Below are positions 1 to 28,864 of a DNA stretch of 64,000 nt, piece after piece; within the stretch, counting starts at the first letter, position 1, and each line of letters begins with the position of its first letter. This DNA comes from the human T2T-CHM13v2.0 reference genome, Homo sapiens, in assembly GCF_009914755.1 (NCBI RefSeq), contig NC_060932.1, one strand, 5' to 3'. Both the position numbers and the translations under genes were made by a program. Below the pieces are notes generated by a model that worked only from the letters and a program-made list of their open reading frames with translations, was not told the DNA's origin and searched no databases.

Positions 1-1539
1 TCTATTTTTACAGACAATGATCAAGATGCTTAGAGCAACTCTGGGATAAAAAGTCAAGATGAGAGGGCTGCCTGTACAGTTGCACATAGGCCATTTGGAA
101 ACCACTTTATCTTTCTGGGCGTTGGCTCTCCGTTTGTAAAACTGAGGGCACTGGGCTAAAGACACCTCAAATACCTTCCAGTTTTAACACTGCCACCCTA
201 GATATGGCCCAGCCATCAGAAGGTGACCTGGGCACTTTTCTGACTTAGATATACCATGCCTGTCCCGGGCCCCACGATGAGCCTCTGTGTGGCTCTGCCA
301 GTTCTTTGTGATGCTTTAGTGCTTATTACTTTCACTGTGCCTCCTAATCTGATTTTCACTGAATATCTGAAGCTTAGGACCCTGCAGTCTTTCCTCCTCT
401 ACTGTTCTGTATTCTGTTTTTTTCTCCTGGCCCATCTTCCCTCTCTACCTCTTCCATCCTGTAAAGTGGCCCCTGACCACAAGTGGCTGCTGATCACCTG
501 GTGCATGACTGGTCAGAATGGAGACGTGCTGTTCAGTGTAAAGTGCACAACAGCTTTCAAAAACTTGTAACAAAGGGTGTCAGATAGCTCAGTAATTGTT
601 TGTGTTGATTGCATCTTGAAATGCAGTTAGTTTGGATTACTGGGTTAAATACAGTTATTGATTTTTACTGTCTCTTTTTACTTTTTAACGATGTAGCTTC
701 TAGAAAGTTTACAGTGCTGTATGTGGTTTGCCTTCTGTGTCCGTGAGTGCCGCTCTCTACCTCCCTCCTGAAGTGTTCCCGGGCCCTGAGGAGTCCCTGT
801 TCTAAGATTACCCTGGCATTACCCCCACTGCCCACCACACAGAGCACCTCTTCTGTGCCCTGAGTCTTCTCTGAGGACAGTGCTCCCATTAGCCTTTTCC
901 TGTAGACTTTGAGGCACTCATTTCCCCACATCTGTGCTTTGGCACAGGGCAGGTGTAGGGAACATTTTCATTGCTTACCAATGACACTTCCCTCCCAGCT
1001 GTCACATAAAGTCTCATTTGCAGCTCCTGTCGTCTGTCTTGCTGCCATCAACCAGCCTTTTCATCGTGCCCTGACAGTCACCAAAGACGGTGGCACCTGC
1101 CTCCTTCTCTTTGTCTGCATCCATGCCCTCCATGGTTCTGGTGCCTCCACTGTCCTCACGGAAGACCCTCCCACCACTCTCTCTGCATGAATGGTGAAGT
1201 GTCCCGGGGTCTAGCCTCTGTTGCTCTTCTTATTTTCCCTAGGCGTTCTGTCTCACACACAAGGTTTTGAGGCTTTTCTTAGCATCTGCAGGCTGGTAAT
1301 TTCCTCATCTGTATTCCAGCCTTGGCCTTTCTTGCTGAGGTCTGCATTTGTATATTTCATTGTTTCCAGCATATCTCCCGTTTGTCCCTCAGACACTTCA
1401 GGTAAACTTTTCCCAGGAAAGCTCACCGTCTCTCCCTAGCTCCTTGAAGTCTTTTCTCCCTTACATATCTCCCATCTCAGATGGTGGCATCTTGCCAGTC
1501 ACCTCAAATAGAACAATAAAATTCATTTTTATAGGGACT

Positions 1540-3965
<2,426 letters not shown>

Positions 3966-4209
3966 GATCACCTTTTTGTTAAAAAAAAAATTACAATTCA
4001 TTTTTTTAAGTTCACCAACTCTTAAGTACTTTGCTATAAGATAATTAGCACATTTATTCTGTGTTACAAAAAAATTTTATCATTATTTCACTCAACATAT
4101 TATATTGTAGGTAATGCAATATGTTCATCAGTTAATCAGTTTAACTGGGCACCTCACCTATTCATTTGTTCATTACAGCAAATTGCAACATATAGCAGTT
4201 AACATGTGC

Positions 4210-4575
4210 CCTGTCTTGTAGTATTTGCTGATTTCTATGGTATAAATACTCTTACCTTGGCTGATTTGAAGTTATCAACATGAGTCACTGAACACGGATT
4301 TGGGAAGAGATACACAGTTGTACACCATTACATAGTAATTTCAACATCAACAGTAGATATAGGTAACCTCAAGTTAATAGTAAAATATTAACTAGGAAGT
4401 AATGAGTTTAAGGTGTTTATTGCATGGATTTTTAATATAATTTTAATTTATTTAATTTGAAGTTTATGTAATTACATCTTTAATAATGGCTATGTTTAAC
4501 AACAAGCTGACAACATTCTGAAAATGTAGAAAGCGCCATTCATGAGCAGGTGTGAGTGGCTCCAACACACCCCTC
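4210..4575 (-). mobile_element. MER63-like hAT DNA transposon fragment
   Basis: Terminal ...gtgagtggctccaacacacc resembles the reverse complement of the recalled MER63 terminus CAGTGGTGTGCTGGAGCC. Confidence 0.55.
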
Positions 4576-5291
4576 TGTGGGCCTTGTAGGACAGTCTGAG
4601 AACTTTGCCTTTTACTCTGAGTGAGATGGGAAGTGTTGGAGGCTTTGGAGCGAAGGGGTGATATGTTCAGTTGGTTTGAGTGTTAACACAATCACCTGCT
4701 GCGCTGGGACTAGCACATGGGGAAGAGAATATGGCAGCAGGGAGAATATTTAGGAGCTGATGTGGAGAATCCAGGCAAGAGACGAAGGTGGTTGGCAGCA
4801 GGGAGTAGCCAGGGCCGATGGCGAGTACTGACCAGACTCAAGAATCTGTACAGGAGGCAGTGAGGGATCGTGTGTTTCATGGTTCTGTGATTTATTGAGG
4901 TCTGAGAAAATAACCAGGCTTTTTTCTCTCACTTATCTTTTTTTTTTTTTTTGGCCATTGTTAGAGATAAAATAGTGTTCAATTGAACCAGCATCTGACC
5001 TAGTTTGACAAATCTTTGTATTGATTTCAAAATCACTGCGGTACCAGGGAGATGATATGACATTCTGTTACTAAAGGGGGTGATGATGGCAGTTTGAATG
5101 GGATAATTCCTCACTGCAGAAGATCCACACGACAGGATGTCTCGAATCCCCTGCCCCAGTCCCTAAGTGCCAGTAATACCTCCTAGTTACTGCCACACCC
5201 AAACAGCCCCTCCATCCATGCATATTTTGGCTGAAAGCCAACAACCTGTGTCTTGTAACAGAGCATGTGGTTCTTTTTCTTCCCCTGACAG

Positions 5292-5420
5292 TATTATGCC
5301 TACCTGTATTCTTATGTGATGCCCCAGGCCATCCGGGACATGGTGGATGAATACATCAACTGTGAGGACATTGCCATGAACTTCCTTGTCTCCCACATCA
5401 CTCGGAAGCCCCCCATCAAG
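5292..5420 (+). CDS. EXTL3: EXTL3 penultimate coding exon (GT64 glycosyltransferase domain)
   Basis: Polypyrimidine tract ...tttttcttcccctgacag acceptor and AAG|gtgagg donor. 129 nt, phase 0/0, encoding [52 protein letters not shown] is the conserved EXT-family C-terminal motif. Confidence 0.97.
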
Positions 5421-6582
5421 GTGAGGTCCCACCACTGGTGGGGCTGTGGATGCGTGCATGTTTACTTCACTTGTTTTGCAGTAGTGCAGCACGTAACTGC
5501 ACTGTACCTCAGAGTCCTCATTTGTACAATAGGGATGATACTACCTACCTCATCAAAGGATTGTCTGTGAGCTTAAATGAGTTGTTACTACAGGGGCCCT
5601 TCATTCCTAAGGGCAATGGATAGAAATCAGAAGGTTTGGAACTTGGGTGGGAAAGATGTTGCATCATTATTTTTATTAATGTCTTACTGGAATAAAGCAT
5701 TTTCTTCAGTTATGAAACAGGCTATAATTCATAAGAGTATTTGTAGTAACTGATTTGTCACCAGTAGAAATCACTGATATCTTCATATCACAATACCTTT
5801 ATTGCAATATCTGCAAAAAGTATTGTTTGTATTTGTTACTGCTTTGAATTCACGGCAGTTACTCCCTTTCCCCTAGATGTTGTGATTTAATACATTAAGA
5901 AAAGAGCATGTATGTCACTGTGTTTTACTGTAACTCGTTTCCTTTGTCATCCTGTGTATTGTAGTTTATATACCTAAAAACATTACTTTGAGGAGTCTAC
6001 AGTCTTGACCAGATTGCCAAGCCAGAGGCACAGGCGATGTCCATCAAACAAAAAACTTAAGAATTTCTGAGTTAATATATGTAAAGCTCTAAGAATAGTG
6101 CCTGGCACATAAGTACTATATAAATTATTTGCTCACAACCAAAAATACCCTCAGAATTCTAGAAGTTCTGAGGGTATTGTTGTGTTTTTTTCTTGGAGGT
6201 ATTAACACATACACTCAGTGCACAGAAAGCCTGGTTCCACCCACTTCCTGTCATCTTTGTGGGCTCTGTCAGCAAGTTAGAGCATGCTGGTAAGGGTTAG
6301 GATAGCTCAGTCCTCACAGAAGCAGATGTTATTAGAACCAATAATGCTATAGAATCTGTCACTCCAAATGAATATTTGTGACTGTGCTTCGTCTGTGTTT
6401 GTCTGTTTCATAATTGAAGAAAATGCTAAATTCCAGTAAGAGATTTATACCTGATGTCCTTAGAAGGGTCAACAAACTAATGAGGTCTTATTTTCATTAT
6501 TATCAAAAAGGCATATTATTTAATTTTATGAAATAGGTTTACCTTCATGGGTGACATTGCCATGAGTAAATAGTTGTGTTCG

Positions 6583-7403
<821 letters not shown>

Positions 7404-8879
7404 AAAGAAGTCGTAGCTTGAGTGCTAAGCAGGGTGGCCACCAGAGGACGCTGGTTCCATGCAGCAAAGCATAACAAAGAAATGCATGTGGAGGCCAACT
7501 GTGGCCCCTGCGTAGGATGTCACTCCTGATTGTCCCAGGGTTTCATCTGTTGCCGAGACTTCTGCTAAAGCCTCACAAGAGAAGAATAATTAGCAACATA
7601 ATGTATCAATTTTTTTAAATTGTGAAAAATAGTCACAAGTATTTATATAAAAACAGTATGTTTTCCAGGTACAGTGGTAGGTCTCATATTAAACAGTGAA
7701 AAGATTTTGTAGACTTTGAGGTAGGGAGGCAAAGGTTTTAGAAAGCAATTAATGATGGGTGCAATTTTCTCTTCCTTATATATCCTTTCTTATGTAGCCA
7801 GGGACTGGACTTGAGTCAAGATGTATGCATCAATTTATGCCTCTCTAGTAGACCAGAAGACATGGTCCATGAAAATTTAAAGTATCTGAGTGATTAGGTA
7901 CCTAATAATAGCATCAGTTACCTGAGCAGGCACAGACATGGGGAATTTTTCATCTTTGTTAAAGTGTGTTTGTCTACTGCATTATTAGGCCAGTGTTTCA
8001 TTAGTTAAGCCATCTCTTCAGTGCAGGTGGAAGTAATTTAGACATGGTGCACATGATTCTTACCAAGTGAAAACTTCAAAACTGAGTATTCTCTGTGAAT
8101 TTTCTTCATCTTTCTGGAATATATGAAGAATTCAAGATTGGGATGACTTTTCAAATTCAAAGGCTGAAATTAAGAGTGTTTTCTAACTCTTAGTAATTCC
8201 TTCAACTTATGAATCTAATTATTTACTTCATAATAAAGAACCAGTTTGAATTAAATATTTTATTTACCTAATTTTAATGGTATCAGGTATATGTACTATT
8301 TTATGTTCAAAAATAGTAATTTTTTTGTTGTGCTTTAAATACCTCAAATTTTTACTGTCAAACTATTCCTTGTTTGAGTTAGGGAGGTTTGACTGCTTCG
8401 TATGATTGGCAGTGTTCTTTCAATAATGTTAATATCTTAATATTGACTAACGAATGGGGAGTTAATGTCATATTATTTCTTTGAATAATGTACTACTTTT
8501 GCAAGGAGAACACAGAATATAAATAGGCTTCATTCAGGATAAGAGATTGAAAAGTCACCTGTAAAGTTTTGAGAAAACAGATGGCTTAGGTGGTAAGGAA
8601 GCCGAAATGCAAGTGAACGTCTTGGTTCTCTGGGGTGATATAGGTTCTTGGCAGCTATCAAGGATTTTCCTCATTGTTACTAAGCATAAAACGAATATTT
8701 TTCTTAGATTGAGTTACCTGGAATCTTCCATGTAAACTGTGATCCACGATATTGGTTAAATAAGTAAATGTCCAGACTTCAGTTAATATTATAGTTGCTT
8801 CATTCTTTTTAAATTTTTTGCATGTTTTATTATGTAACACAGTTATATATTTACAAATATATTGGGGATGCAGTCTTAA

Positions 8880-12185
<3,306 letters not shown>

Positions 12186-12875
12186 TAATCACCAGGTAAT
12201 TTCATTTCTTATTACAGGCTCTGCCCTGTATTTAAAGAGATGGTTTATGTATTTCTTCTTGCATGTTCAGGTGTTCTGAGGGGTTTTTATGCCATTCGGC
12301 CTGCCACATTGTAATGAAGCTGTCCCTCTTCATACTTTTTTAGTTAGACATTTTCTAATTAATAATAATATGACTAGACTGTAGTATGGCCACTTTCCCA
12401 TGGCTTTAAATGTAGTTAAGCATCTTTTTTATGGACAGTATTCAAGAATGATAGCCCCTCTTTGACTAGCCCCTCTTTGGGTAGTCTTCAATACCCAAAG
12501 CCCCTCTTTGGGTAGTCTTCAATATTTTGATTCAAAACATTGATGAAACAAACAACTCGGTACCTACCTATGGCTCTGCAACCAAGTACATACTAGGAGT
12601 AGACTTACTGAGACAGCTGACACTACACACGTTAAGGCTTTTGGCATCTGAGAAGCGTAGGCCATCTCAACAGAATACCTGACAATGTTCTGGAGACATC
12701 TGGTAGGCAGGAGGCCTGGGGCCGGGCTCTGGTTCCTGCCATGCTCTGCAGGGATGTTGCCCCTGAGGGGATCAGCGTCTTCACCATGGACATGGGAGTG
12801 TGGGATCGGCTCAGCTGCAAGGGTTCTGTCAGTATTAGCTGGGATTCCCACTCTGTCTCTCTCTCCCGTTTCCAG

Positions 12876-13085
12876 GTGACCTCACGGTGGACATTCCGAT
12901 GCCCAGGATGCCCTCAGGCCCTGTCTCATGATGACTCCCACTTCCACGAGCGGCACAAGTGCATCAACTTCTTCGTGAAGGTGTACGGCTACATGCCCCT
13001 CCTGTACACGCAGTTCAGGGTGGATTCTGTGCTCTTCAAGACACGCCTGCCCCATGACAAGACCAAGTGCTTCAAGTTCATCTAG
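12876..13085 (+). CDS. EXTL3: EXTL3 last coding exon (C-terminus)
   Basis: Acceptor ctctgtctctctctcccgtttccag|GTG. Encodes [69 protein letters not shown] with TAG at 13083-13085, in frame with the previous exon. Confidence 0.97.
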   Translation: MTSRWTFRCPGCPQALSHDDSHFHERHKCINFFVKVYGYMPLLYTQFRVDSVLFKTRLPHDKTKCFKFI

Positions 13086-15905
13086 GGGCAGCGCACGGTC
13101 TGGGGAAGAGGATGAGCAGAGGGAGGAAGATGGCTCCCAAGGTTCCTAGGCATTGCAGGACCTTGGGCACATCTGCTGGTGGGTGGCCCAGAGCCTCTGC
13201 TGGAAGGGGCAGCAGGAGGAGTGGAAGGAAACCGCTGCCTTTATCTTGAAGTCAGCCACACTGGGCCTGGAGCCCTGGGCGGAGTCCCCGGGGTTCCCCA
13301 CACAGGGCACTGACTGATAGCTTACACTGAGGACTGTGGCGACTCTGCAGAGTCACTCACACCGTTCGTACGCCCAGGACAGCTGGTTCGTGGTTTTTAC
13401 ATTCAATAACAACTATTATGATTATTTAAAAAGAGAAAGTTTCAGATTTGCCATTCAAGGCTTATTTATATATATGTGTGTGTATATAAATACATGCACA
13501 CACTTGCATACATATATATTTTTGGCTGGGGGAGTGTGAGTTTTGCCTTTCTAAGGGAGGGACCGCGCAGGCTCCTTTGTTCTGTATTCTGGCGGAGATG
13601 GGTCCTGGCCTTGTGTCACTGGCTTATCCTTAAAGATCATCTCCCATCCTCCCCAGCGCCATCTGTGTGCAGCAACCAGAAAGGGATGAACTTGGCCCTC
13701 TTGCGGGCCTGGACAAGGTCTCTTCCTTACCCTTTCTGTTGCCAGTCAGCAACCTGTAACTCACATTCTCTTCCCAGTGAATCCCTGGGAGCGCCTGACC
13801 CTGGTGGGCTGTTCAGCTTCCTGCTGCTGGGGCCAGCGATTTTTGAGGATTTATCTTTAGGCCAGGCTTGCCTCCGTACTTATCCCTGCTCTCCCATTTC
13901 TCTCTTGTTTGAGAGAGAATGAGGAAGCAAAGAGTGAGAAAGAATAGGGGCTGAAGACGCCACTCCCAGATGGCTCTTTCTATCCTGCTCTTCTGTTGAA
14001 ACACACGTGCTGTGGGCCTCAGGCGTTTCTGAAGTGCTCTTTCTTGGATTGGACAGGAGATCAGCAGCGTGCACATCTGCTGTGGTCTGAAGTGGTTTGC
14101 AGGTCAGCCTCCTCTCCCTAGTGTAGAGCAAGCCAGTGTCCTTCGAGGAACCCACCCGGCTGGCCGGGAAGTTTTACAGCAAGGCGCCTGCCTTGGGATA
14201 ATTCCTTGGTGAAATTCACCTTCCCCCCGCCTCTGTCTGGAGCCCCATCCTGTGTTATCTGTGGTTTTTGGACCCCTAATGTCAGCTTGGCTGTAGGACT
14301 CCCCGAGGTTTGGTATGTGCTAGAACAATGGGAGGCTGTGATTTGCTGTGTAAGCTCACATCCAGCCTTGGAATCTAACGGGCATTCACAACCCGAGTTA
14401 CCACTTTCCACTCCCTGCTTAGGATTCTGTTCCCTGGGCTGAAACTGAAATAAGCTAATTTTTTGGGTCACGGTGGCAGTAGGGGAACCTAGGAGGGTGT
14501 GAGTGGCATTTGTCAGGGATTTAGCCCATGACGTGTTTCTTGAACCCTACTTTCTGGAAGTGGAGTTGACTCTGGAAGTTTTCTAGCAACTGAACAAAAG
14601 CTCAGGTTTGTCCTGGTCATGCACATGCCTTAAGCCAGTTCCGTCTTCCCTAGACCTTGGCATCCTGTGCTTCTATTTCTTGGAATACGTTCTCCTCTGA
14701 CCTGCCTGTACCACGTGGGTCCTCTTCAAGTACTGTTTTGAAGCTGGGCTCTTTTGTGTAGCTCCCACCCACCTGTAGGGCTAGCTCGGCTTAAGGGAAC
14801 TCTCCCCATTGGCAAACCGGACCCGGCCGCCGCCAGGACTGTGTTTCCAAAGGTTCCCCGCCCCCAACCCCAGCATCAGCCTGTAGCTCCCCTGCTGAGG
14901 CAGTGTGGTTATGTTCCCAGCAGTGGGGGTCAGACGCCCTTCCTCAGAACTTTCTAGTTGCCCTCTACCTGACTCCTGACTTGTATTCCTTTTAGCAGTA
15001 GCCTTCTTCCCTCGGGGAGCCAAAGAGTGTGGTGTGTGGCGCTATATTGTGGCTGCTATTTCATCTGGTTTCTTTTAATGTGAGGAACTCACATACTGAC
15101 TTCAGTGGGACTCGGTGAGCCGGGGCCGTCTGTGTGGTGGGACCCCCTTTAGCGGGACTCAGTGAGCTGGGGCCGTCTGTGTGGTGGAGCCAGGGCCTCT
15201 CCCTTTAGTGGAGCCAGGTTGTCGGGCCCCGAATGTCACTGGTGGATCTAAGAAGGGCTGAGTGGTCTGACACCAAAACATGCCGCAGGGAGGGCTGTGG
15301 TGCCGGTGCTTCCAACAAGGACAGCCCTCCTTGACCCTGAAAGGAACACTGGCTTGAAGGACTGCAGACAGGCTCTGAGGGGCACGCCCTCCTCAGCGAG
15401 AGGCAGCAAGGTGGCCACAGTGTCACTGGTCAGGTGCTTCTCACCACGGGAAAGCCGCCGACCTGTGACTCGCTTGAGATGGGAAAGCGGCGCCACAGAC
15501 CCCGGGTCTCCTTGGCTGTCTGTGGGCCGCCCCTGGCCACCTTGTCCTGGCTCGCAGGGTGCAGGAGCGCCTCGTTCTCTGGGTGGCCGGCTTGCTGCTC
15601 CGGTTTGGGCTGTCTTACCATAACACCGTCCCAGGGCTCTGCAGGCCACTGTGAGCGCTGGCTCCCTGGGCAGTGCTCCTCCGTGTGGACTGTGCCTCAG
15701 GCCAGGGCTCACCAGCTGGGGTCCTGTCCGGAAGGATGGGATCTTTCTGGGAGCTGCGCCGGACAGAGTGGGGAGCTCCTAGTTTGTGGGGGGAAGCTTT
15801 GATATCCATGCCACGTCCATCCACCCCACCCCTTTTCGTCACGAGCACAATGGTCTTACATTGGATTTTTGTAAAAAAATAAAAATAAATGGAGACTTTA
15901 ACTCA
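13086..15905 (+). other. EXTL3: EXTL3 3'UTR (~2.8 kb; end approximate)
   Basis: Runs from the stop codon to tandem AATAAA signals. I see no Alu within it, unlike the flanking DNA. Confidence 0.8.
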
Positions 15906-15935
15906 AGCAGCTTGGAGGTCTTTTGTGGTTTTCCT
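15870..15935 (+). terminator. EXTL3: EXTL3 polyadenylation signal
   Basis: TGTA at 15870, AATAAA at 15878-15883 and 15884-15889, and a downstream GT/T-rich element ggtcttttgtggttttc at ~15917-15933. Confidence 0.85.
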
Positions 15936-16249
15936 CAGCAAGTATGGAAGAGTGACCTGAGAGAAGGCACCTGCTTGATTGCTTGATTCCAGGTCGCCAC
16001 CTGTGTATGCCAGCTGGGCCTGCTCGCAGAAGACGATGGGAGGCAGCCTGACCAGGCCCTGGTGTGGGCTGTGGACCAGAGATGGGTGAACAGACTCACA
16101 CTCACATGGGCAGCCTTGCCTGTGCCCGGTTCCAGGGCAAGTCATTTTGACAAAACAGGAACTTAGGGGCTGTTGAGGTGCTTTAAGCAGGATGTGGAAG
16201 GGCATGTGGCCCATATATGCAAAGTTAATTTTTTCATGGGAATTTAAAA

Positions 16250-16252
<3 letters not shown>

Positions 16253-16284
<32 letters not shown>
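16253..16284 (+). repeat. (GT)16 microsatellite
   Basis: Uninterrupted GT run about 350 nt downstream of the EXTL3 polyA site. Confidence 0.95.
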
Positions 16285-16286
<2 letters not shown>

Positions 16287-17009
16287 TGGTTGTGGGGAGC
16301 TGTGTGTGCCTGCGATCCCAGGACAGGTGAGGCCTCACTGTGAATGGCTCGATTCGGTCCATAGGTCATGCCCCTGACCTATAGGTCACTAAGGCACCTG
16401 TACCTGCACCGAGCTGACGCTCCCTGACTGCAGAGCCCCATCCTGTTGGTGCCCACAGGCCTAGATCTTGTGCTTGGCTGTGGGATCAGAGGCTTCCTCA
16501 GGAGAGGGCACTGAGCTGTGGGCTTCGGGGAGAAGGATGGAGATGGGAAAGGGGGTAAAGGCGAGGACTCCTCTCCTGGGCTCTGCAGGTGGCAGCTTTG
16601 GTCACACTGACAGTCCTAAGAATGGGTGAGACTTAACAGTCGGTGTCCCTCCTCAAGTGGGGTTCACGACTGATCAGGCAAGTTTGCAGCAGCTGATGGG
16701 TGAGATGTCATCGAGGGGCATTCCTCTTTGGGTCTGGAGTTTTGGCTGTCAAGCTCCTGTTCTTCCAGCCATCCATCTCCATGTTACGATTGTCCTGGGA
16801 CCAGAGAGACTTGAGAAGGTGGCATGAGGCTGTAGAAAATGTGTCTTCCTATACACAGAGATATGATGTCTGCTTTGAGTCTATACCTGTCGAGTTGTGT
16901 CTTGGACTTACGGTCTGCCAAGGTGGTAAATGTTAGCTGTTGATGGGATCATCACTGAAGTGGAAGGCTCCACAAGGTTTACAAAATGTGTTAAGAAGAA
17001 TGTTGATGG

Positions 17010-17987
17010 TGGTGTGTGGTGCCTAACATCTTAATCTCAGCATTTGGTGAGGCAGAAGTGGGAGGATCACATGAGGCCAGTTCAAGACCAGTCTGGGCAA
17101 CATAGCAAGACCCCCATCTCTACAAAAAAATTAGAATGTTATGAAGATACTGAAAAGAAGAAAGGAGAATGTAGTGGGTAAAGGTCTGGGCCCTGGAACA
17201 GACTGGGTGCAGATCTTGGGCTGCCCATCACACTGGTGGAGAGCAAGTTATCTATTACTATTTTAGGCTCTAATCCCACCATACGGTGGCAAAAGTTGTG
17301 CCCATCTCTTAAGCATATGTTAAAAGTTAAATAATATAATATACGTAGAGTCCACTGTTTGACACAATAAAAATGAACTATTACTGGAGTAAAATAGTGT
17401 CCACTTCTTCATGGCTCTTTCTGCCTTCCGCTAGGTTTGAGCGCCAGCGCCTGGCTGAGTGCCCTGCTCACCTCCTATTAGAGCCCCCACGCTCTGTCGC
17501 CTCACCATGCTGTGTGCTGGCCACTGCTCTGCCTCCCACACCGGACTGCAGCCTCTCAAGAACACAGGAGTTCCATAGTTTTCTCATGAATGAATGCTTT
17601 GACAAAGTGAAGAGGGTCACTTAGAAATCACAGCTTAGGCAAATTGTTTTACCTTTCTTCATCTGTCTTGACGTTTATGAAAGAGTACAGGCTGGGTGCG
17701 GTGGTTCACGCCTGTAATCCCAGCACCTGGGGAGGCCAAGGCGGGTGGATCACCTGAGGTCAGGAGTTTGAGACCAGCCTGGCCAAAATGGCGAAACCCC
17801 TTCTCTACTAAAAATACAAAAATTAGCCAGGTGTGGTGGCACGTGCCTGTAATCCCAGCTACTCAGGAGGCTGAGGCAGGAGAATTGCTTGAACCCAGGA
17901 GGCGGAGGTTGCAGTGAGCTGTGATTTGCGCCATTGCACTCTAGCCTGGGCAACAAGAAACTCCGTCTCATAAAAATAAAAAAAAAG
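17010..17987 (+). mobile_element. FLAM (~17010-17130) and AluS (~17690-17987)
   Basis: Alu consensus with A tails. Confidence 0.88.
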
Positions 17988-18299
17988 TACAGCTGCTGGT
18001 CCTGTTGTAGGACTGTCATGTTAGCATTGAAACTACTTACATTCTATTGATTTAAACGACTGGTCCCACATTTCAAACATACGGCAATGTTGAAATCATT
18101 TCTAGGGCATAAATGTCTATGTCATTTTACTGGACCCGCCTTGGAGCGTCCCATCTACCCATGCCCCGTCCCTTCACCCATCCTGCCATTCATCCTTTCA
18201 TGGTGCACTGTTGAGGTACATTTCTGAGTAAAGTGGCAACATCAATGCATTTCCTTCTAAATACATGGGCATACAACTGTTCATTATAGGTCAATGTTT

Positions 18300-25260
<6,961 letters not shown>

Positions 25261-25436
25261 AATTGTTTTTTTGTGGTAGGTTGTTCTATCTACCTACTTA
25301 CGTAACTACATACGTCTGGAGTTTATAGTTTTACCTCTAGGAGGGTCAGGTCTGATGGGAGCTGTTACATTGCCATTCCATTATTTGACCTTTACTTGAA
25401 TAAACTACAGAAATGTTCCCACACACAGCACTTGAG

Positions 25437-25578
25437 CAGGGATTGGCATACTTTTTCTGTAAAGGGTCAGCCAGTGTTTTAGGCTTTGTGGGCCACATGT
25501 GATTTCTGTTGCATCTTTTTTCTAACAACTCTGCTTGTGGGCCAGATTTGGCTTTTCGGCCACAGTTACCAACCTCTG
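25437..25578. mobile_element. MER58-like hAT MITE
   Basis: cagggattggca...tttttctgtaaagggtcag...ttaggctttgtgggcca...gggccagatttggc. Confidence 0.7.
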
Positions 25579-26464
25579 ATTCATCTCATCAGGAAGCTGC
25601 CCACTGAATCGAGTAGCTATTTTAAAGCATGGGCTAAATGATAGGGATTTTTACACTTATGTGCAGGTTCCCATGTTTAGAACATTGCAGTTAAAAAACT
25701 GACCCACCAGGAAATGTTGTTTTGGCCTGTAATTCCTAAATATTTCTGAAATTTTCTTTCCTTACCTTCTTCCACAAGCCTCATGCTGGGACAAGGTGGA
25801 AAAAACAGACCCTGCCCCCAGGGTGCTCATGGTCCTGGAAATGTGCTCCTCTCTAGCTGTAAGTCTGGGAGAAACGCTTATCTGTGACGGTGAGCTAAAG
25901 CCATGAGAGAGGGCACAACACACCGAATATGTGAGCAGCTGCCGACTAATGCCCACTGATGACTGGAAGGTGCTTACTGATGATTGGGAAAGGCTTTGTG
26001 AAATGAAAGTCCATTATTTCCAAAGTATGTGAAGCAAATGTAAATAGTTACTAGAGTAAAAACTTATATTGGATAATTTAAGGAAACGTTAGCAAACTTA
26101 TTTTAATTGATAATGTGTTTGGTAACTCAGAATTTATTGTAGGAGAATTAAGTTACTTTTTACTGGTGATTGATTTGATAACTACATCAGGGAGGCTTAC
26201 ACATGGGTTAGGAATGTTTATTGTAGAAAAAGGTAAAGGGTAAATCCTTCTAACACAAACACCATTACACGGGGGCTTTGCACATTTTTTTCAATGGCCT
26301 GCAATGCCAACAGAAGAGAAGCAAGAAATATTCTACATGCCTGAGGAGATGGGCGTTTACACCCCTTTCAAAGATCTGTGGTCCTGTGTCTCAAAAGTTT
26401 ACATTTAACGTGTGCATGTGTGTGTGTGTGTGCACATGTATATATATAGATAGATAGATAGATG

Positions 26465-28864
<2,400 letters not shown>

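Noticed and set aside
13476-15882. Overlapping 70-154 aa ORFs on both strands
   Set aside because: They lie in the GC-rich EXTL3 3'UTR, where stop codons are scarce. No recognisable protein features.
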